This document shows positions 59,494 to 64,000 of a stretch of 64,000 nucleotides of DNA, piece by piece (within the stretch, counting starts at the first letter, position 1; each line of letters starts with the position of its first letter). This stretch comes from Octopus sinensis (lineage: Eukaryota). Below the pieces are notes generated by a model that made no database searches, was not told the DNA's origin, and was given only the letters and a program-made list of their open reading frames with translations. Where the stretch lies: the NCBI RefSeq assembly GCF_006345805.1, contig NC_043012.1, forward strand, positions 50,654,001 to 50,718,000, given 5' to 3'. The position numbers were made by a program, and so were the translations under genes.

Positions 59494-59916
59494 GAAATAC
59501 CTGTTTCGTTACTACCCACAAGGGGCTAAACACAGAGAGGACAAACAAGGACAGACAAACGGATTAAGTCGATTATATCGACCCCAGTGCGTAACCGGTG
59601 CTTATGTAATCTACCCCGAAAAGATGAAATGCAAAGTCGACCTCGGCAGAATGCTAACTCAGAACGTAGCGACAGACGAAATACCTATTTCTTTATTACC
59701 CACAAGGGGCTAAACATACAGGGACAAACAAGGATAGACATAGGTATTAAGTCGATTACATCGACCCCAGTGCGTAACTGGTATTTAATTTATCGACCCC
59801 GAAAGGATGAAATGCAAAGTCGACCTCGGCGGAATTTGAACTCAGATCGTAGTGACAGACGAAATACCGCTAATCATTTCGCCCGGCGTGCTAACGATTT
59901 TGCCAGCTCGCCGCCT
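59494..59916 (-). mobile_element. SINE family A dimer plus start of a third unit
   Basis: GAAATACC at 59494, 59678, 59861 (period 184/183); intact head at 59916. Confidence 0.88.
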
Positions 59917-60455
59917 TTACAAGAGTGAAATACCGTTTGATTATAATAAATGCATTTGTAATAAAAGAAATGAAGTTAAATTTTCTTTAATATTGATATT
60001 TTTTTCCAATCTGTAATTTCTACAACCCTTGTTTGGATAACATCCATGAGTTTAGCATTTAATTGGTTGTCAAAAACAGTATAAAACATTTTCTATGCAT
60101 TTCGGAATGCGATCCACAATCTATAATAATTTGAATTTTATCTTAGCGATTTATATTTCAAAATGCGCCTTTTACATTTCTGATTATATCTGGATATTTA
60201 TTTGTTATTATCACAGACTAGGGAAATTAGTCTTATTTGACTTTAATATCAATCTATGGGATGTTTATTTTCATAATTATCAAAATTGACACAAGGTTCT
60301 GTCTCAGGGTCTGAGGGAAGTTAGAAATAAAAGTCATTTTCTCACTTGCACGCACACACATGAACAATCGCGCGTGCAGGCACATATACACATACATACA
60401 TGCATATTTGTTTATTTTTACCCCCCCCCATATATATATATATATGTCTGTATAT

Positions 60456-60487
<32 letters not shown>

Positions 60488-61059
60488 CAGACAGACAGAC
60501 ATGACGCGAAACTTTGCAACTCAGCCCTTTAAAATTTGCAATAAATAAATAAATGCAAATTCTCATGAATGTATGTGAGTATAAAAACCAAGCTATGATA
60601 GTCATATGAAATGGAAATCGTATCGCAGACTAAGTGTACTGCATATTTTTGAAGCTTTTTGATTTTTATACTTCACAGATAAAATCAAGAGAGGAAAAAA
60701 ACAACAGTATGTAAACCTAAAATACTTGCACTAAAATTGTAGTTTCTGTTATTGCCAAGATTTGAAGAAGAAATCTTTAAAATATATGACTATGTATTAT
60801 TTTGACTCTGTAGTATTGGCTTCACGTTTCACTGCTAAACGTATTATTCATTCAATCCAAATTTATGTTCCTGTCTATGTACTTTAAATTTATATAGCTA
60901 TTCAGATGGTAGATTTTTGCTCTTTGACCGTCTTCATCTGTCTATCATTCTTCTAATAATGAGGACTACATCGAATTAGGAAGCCGCAGCCATAATTTAT
61001 CTTTTCAGGGGCCACAGAGAAGGAGATATTTTTGACGTGATATTACTTTGATAAACTAT

Positions 61060-61420
61060 ATAAAGAAGAAATCATTAGATCAGCATCCATAAATTTGTAA
61101 AATGCAATATTTCATTGATTGTGTTCGCATCAGAGAGAAGCTAATACTGGAACAGAAAGAATATAGTCTCAATATATAAATTCTGAAGACTTGGGGGAAG
61201 CAAAAGCAGGAAATATTTCAAAGTTCACTACGTAACAAAGAAATCATCCAGGATAAATGGCTTTTGGTAACAGAAAATATTGCCATTGTTTTCAGAGAAG
61301 AAATGAAATGTACGTTTTATGAAGAACAAGAAAATTCATGAAGCTGTAAGAGAGACGAAGAAGCATTCTGCGAAATATTATATTCATTTGACCGATATAT
61401 TTTTACATAAAAATGCAATG
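61060..61420 (+). pseudogene. Decayed hAT (Buster/Charlie-type) transposase fragment
   Basis: Broken peptides DCVRIREKL, DKWLLVTENIAIVFREEMK, IHLTDIFLH in the order of HC..H.E.L, RWLS.GK.L.R.FELR.E, LAYL.DIF. Confidence 0.5.
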
Positions 61421-61657
61421 GGATATTGCAGCCGGAGGCAACTTACTGTTAACAAATATGTGATACTATGTTAAAAAAAATGTAAACATGTAATATACAA
61501 CCAGTCGAAATAGGTCAAGTTAGGAATATTTATAATGCTAACATAGAAATCCGTTTTCTTACAATATGAATTTTCATTTCTTTTTTGCATTTTCGTATTT
61601 ATACATGCACTAATAAATGTAGGATAATTAACGTCATTACTTACACACACACACACG

Positions 61658-61717
<60 letters not shown>

Positions 61718-62315
61718 CATACACACGCACCCGCGCACACACAGACAAACACAAAAATACACACACACACATGAGAGAAAATTATGAAAAAATTGATTGA
61801 TCAACATGGATAAATTTCTTTTGGTGAACTGGAGGACACCACCTTCTCCCGATTAAGCCGCTGTCTTCCAGTCTTTGAAGCCCCCTTCGTAGTATTATTA
61901 TTCTAGTTTATTTATGGCTTCGATGGGCAAAAGGAAAGTACCTCTAATTTCCTTTCTTTTCTATTCTTTCGTCGTTCATATTTTATTCGCTCTTCCAAAT
62001 TTTGAATCCAGCGTCACGATTTCTTTTCTCCTGATTTTTCGTGTACCAGTGTCCCCATCTTCAAACAGAACAGACCATGTTCTCCTAACCCGAATATTGT
62101 TTGGAGACAGAAGGTATGTTATAAAACCATGTCTAGACACATGTCTTCACCGTAGGAAAATATTAGTAGCTCGTACCTTTATACTGTGTAATTAAATAAT
62201 ATTTATTTCTCACAATACATGGAGTACTTTTTGTTGATCTTAATGAGACAATAAAATATATATTTATATATATAGTGGATGGTTGGGTGCATCCGTAAGT
62301 ATATGGCTACATATA

Positions 62316-62500
62316 GGAAGAATTCACAAAAAAAAGACGAAGATAGGTGGTGTAGATAACAAACAGATGTATTATTGTAACGCTCGGGAAAGGAAAAAGT
62401 CTTTAACGTTTCGAGCCTACGCTCTTCCACAGAAAGGAACACAGAAAGAAACAAGGAGAGAAAATAAAGAATGTGTAGTGGCTAGCGATCTATCATGGCG
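62316..62500 (-). mobile_element. Family H repeat, best-preserved copy, hammerhead-like motif 62401-62436
   Basis: CUUU-CUGUGGAA-GAGC guag GCUC-GAAA-CG-UU/AAAG. Confidence 0.78.
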
Positions 62501-64000
62501 TACATTTATATACACTTACGTACATACATGCATGCATGCATACATTAATACACGTATATGTTTTTAATTTATGTATGGAGCTGCAGATTAATTTCGAAAT
62601 AGTGAGCGTAGTTAATATGTAACAGGAAATATTCAATAATACAAAGTAAAGAAACAGTTCTTGCCGTTCTCTTCTCCATAATCCATAATTTCATAATCCA
62701 TTACTCATGGATGATAACCTCTAAAAGAAACAATACTGCAAAAATTACAGTAAAAAAATAATCCATTTAACAAATATGCTAAATTAATGCATTACGTGAT
62801 GAAAAGAAGAAACGTATTTCAAGGTTTTATGCATAAAACAATTAGTTAATCAACTATTGTTTCCAAAATCGATTTGGTTTCCTTTCACCTAAGGACATCA
62901 CAGCCACATTGTTATTCCATGGCAATTTCTCATCAGACCCCTTGTATACATACGGCGGTTATATTTACACGAGCTCACTATGATTCCTGTCAAACATTTT
63001 CAGTATTTCCCTGCTTCCAACGTTTATGCTTACATGTCCACTTACGTATGTACTTTACCTCCCCTCCTTTACTCATCACTCAGTCTTCTCTCATATACAC
63101 ATCAATTCACAAAATGTTAAAATTGAAATTTGCTGACTCAGCAACATATTTCTCTCCATTGCACTTTAGCGAATATAAGTGACTGCTTATTTCACACTCT
63201 TCCTTCAGAAACATTAAACAAACCTGTTACACTTCCATTCTGTTGACTGTAGGCCTTTCCCTATACTAAAAGTAAACTCTTCTCCTGACACCTTCTATTT
63301 TCCTATTTTTCACCCAAGAAAAAACAATTGATATATTAAAAGCGCAAATTGCTTCTCTTATTTCGTGACAATACAAAAAAAAAAAAAGGTAATTTTATTG
63401 CATCGCAAATGATTGTATGCGTATATAATAAAGTATATGTACATATGTATATACATGGATCACTCTCTCTCTCTCTTTATCTCTCTCTACCTCTCTTTCT
63501 ACCTATCTATCTCTATCTATTTATCTATATATCATATGTGACTGTATGTATATGTATAAGCATGCGTGAGGAGAATTTCAGTTTTCATTTATTAAAAAAT
63601 ACTAACTGGGAATTTTCGAAACTTACATGAAGGACTTATATGTTTACTTGTATGTTGTGTTGAGTTATTACTCACCGGGTTATAGTCCATGCTTCAATCA
63701 TCTTCCGTTATACGTTCAAATAATGATTTAATAAACTTTATCCTTCGGAGCTCTACTAATTAAATATAATAAAGATACACGTACTCTATACGCAATTTCG
63801 TTCAATTGTTTCCGTTGAGACTTTCCCAACAAAATTAACATCTAAATGAATTACTATACTCTATCGTTTTTCAAGTAGGAGGTTTAATATTTTTTCGTGT
63901 GGTTTTTAATTAATCTTCCGGCTTGTTTTCCATGTTTCGTGTCTACCACACATACACACTTATACACACTCTTATGCGTGAGTGTTTCTGTGTATGTTTG

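Noticed and set aside
59494-59916. Ribozyme within the SINE A tandem unit
   Set aside because: No hammerhead core found on either strand by eye.

Overview
AT-rich, microsatellite-dense eukaryotic DNA. The SINE families and repeat load suggest a cephalopod (Octopus-like) genome; this is inference. No intact host gene is recognisable, and most supplied ORFs are translations of (TA)n/(CA)n/(AAT)n tracts. The window is a transposon graveyard: a 5'-truncated R4/Dong-clade LINE in (AAT)n, a deleted Tc1 element with TIRs, a non-autonomous Helitron, hAT remnants, three tRNA-derived SINE families and an (AAT)n-targeting non-coding element. The main signal is a set of unrelated short fold-back or tandem elements, mostly in or next to (TA)n, that carry minimal type-I hammerhead ribozyme motifs with a palindromic stem III. 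Two lie next to Penelope-like GIY-YIG endonuclease remnants. Several use a U3-A8 core (UUGAAAA) instead of C3-G8. One non-coding element (5434-6174) has two hammerheads 362 nt apart, like a retrozyme, and an inverted arm that starts exactly at the predicted cleavage site. All folds were read by eye; no activity is demonstrated.
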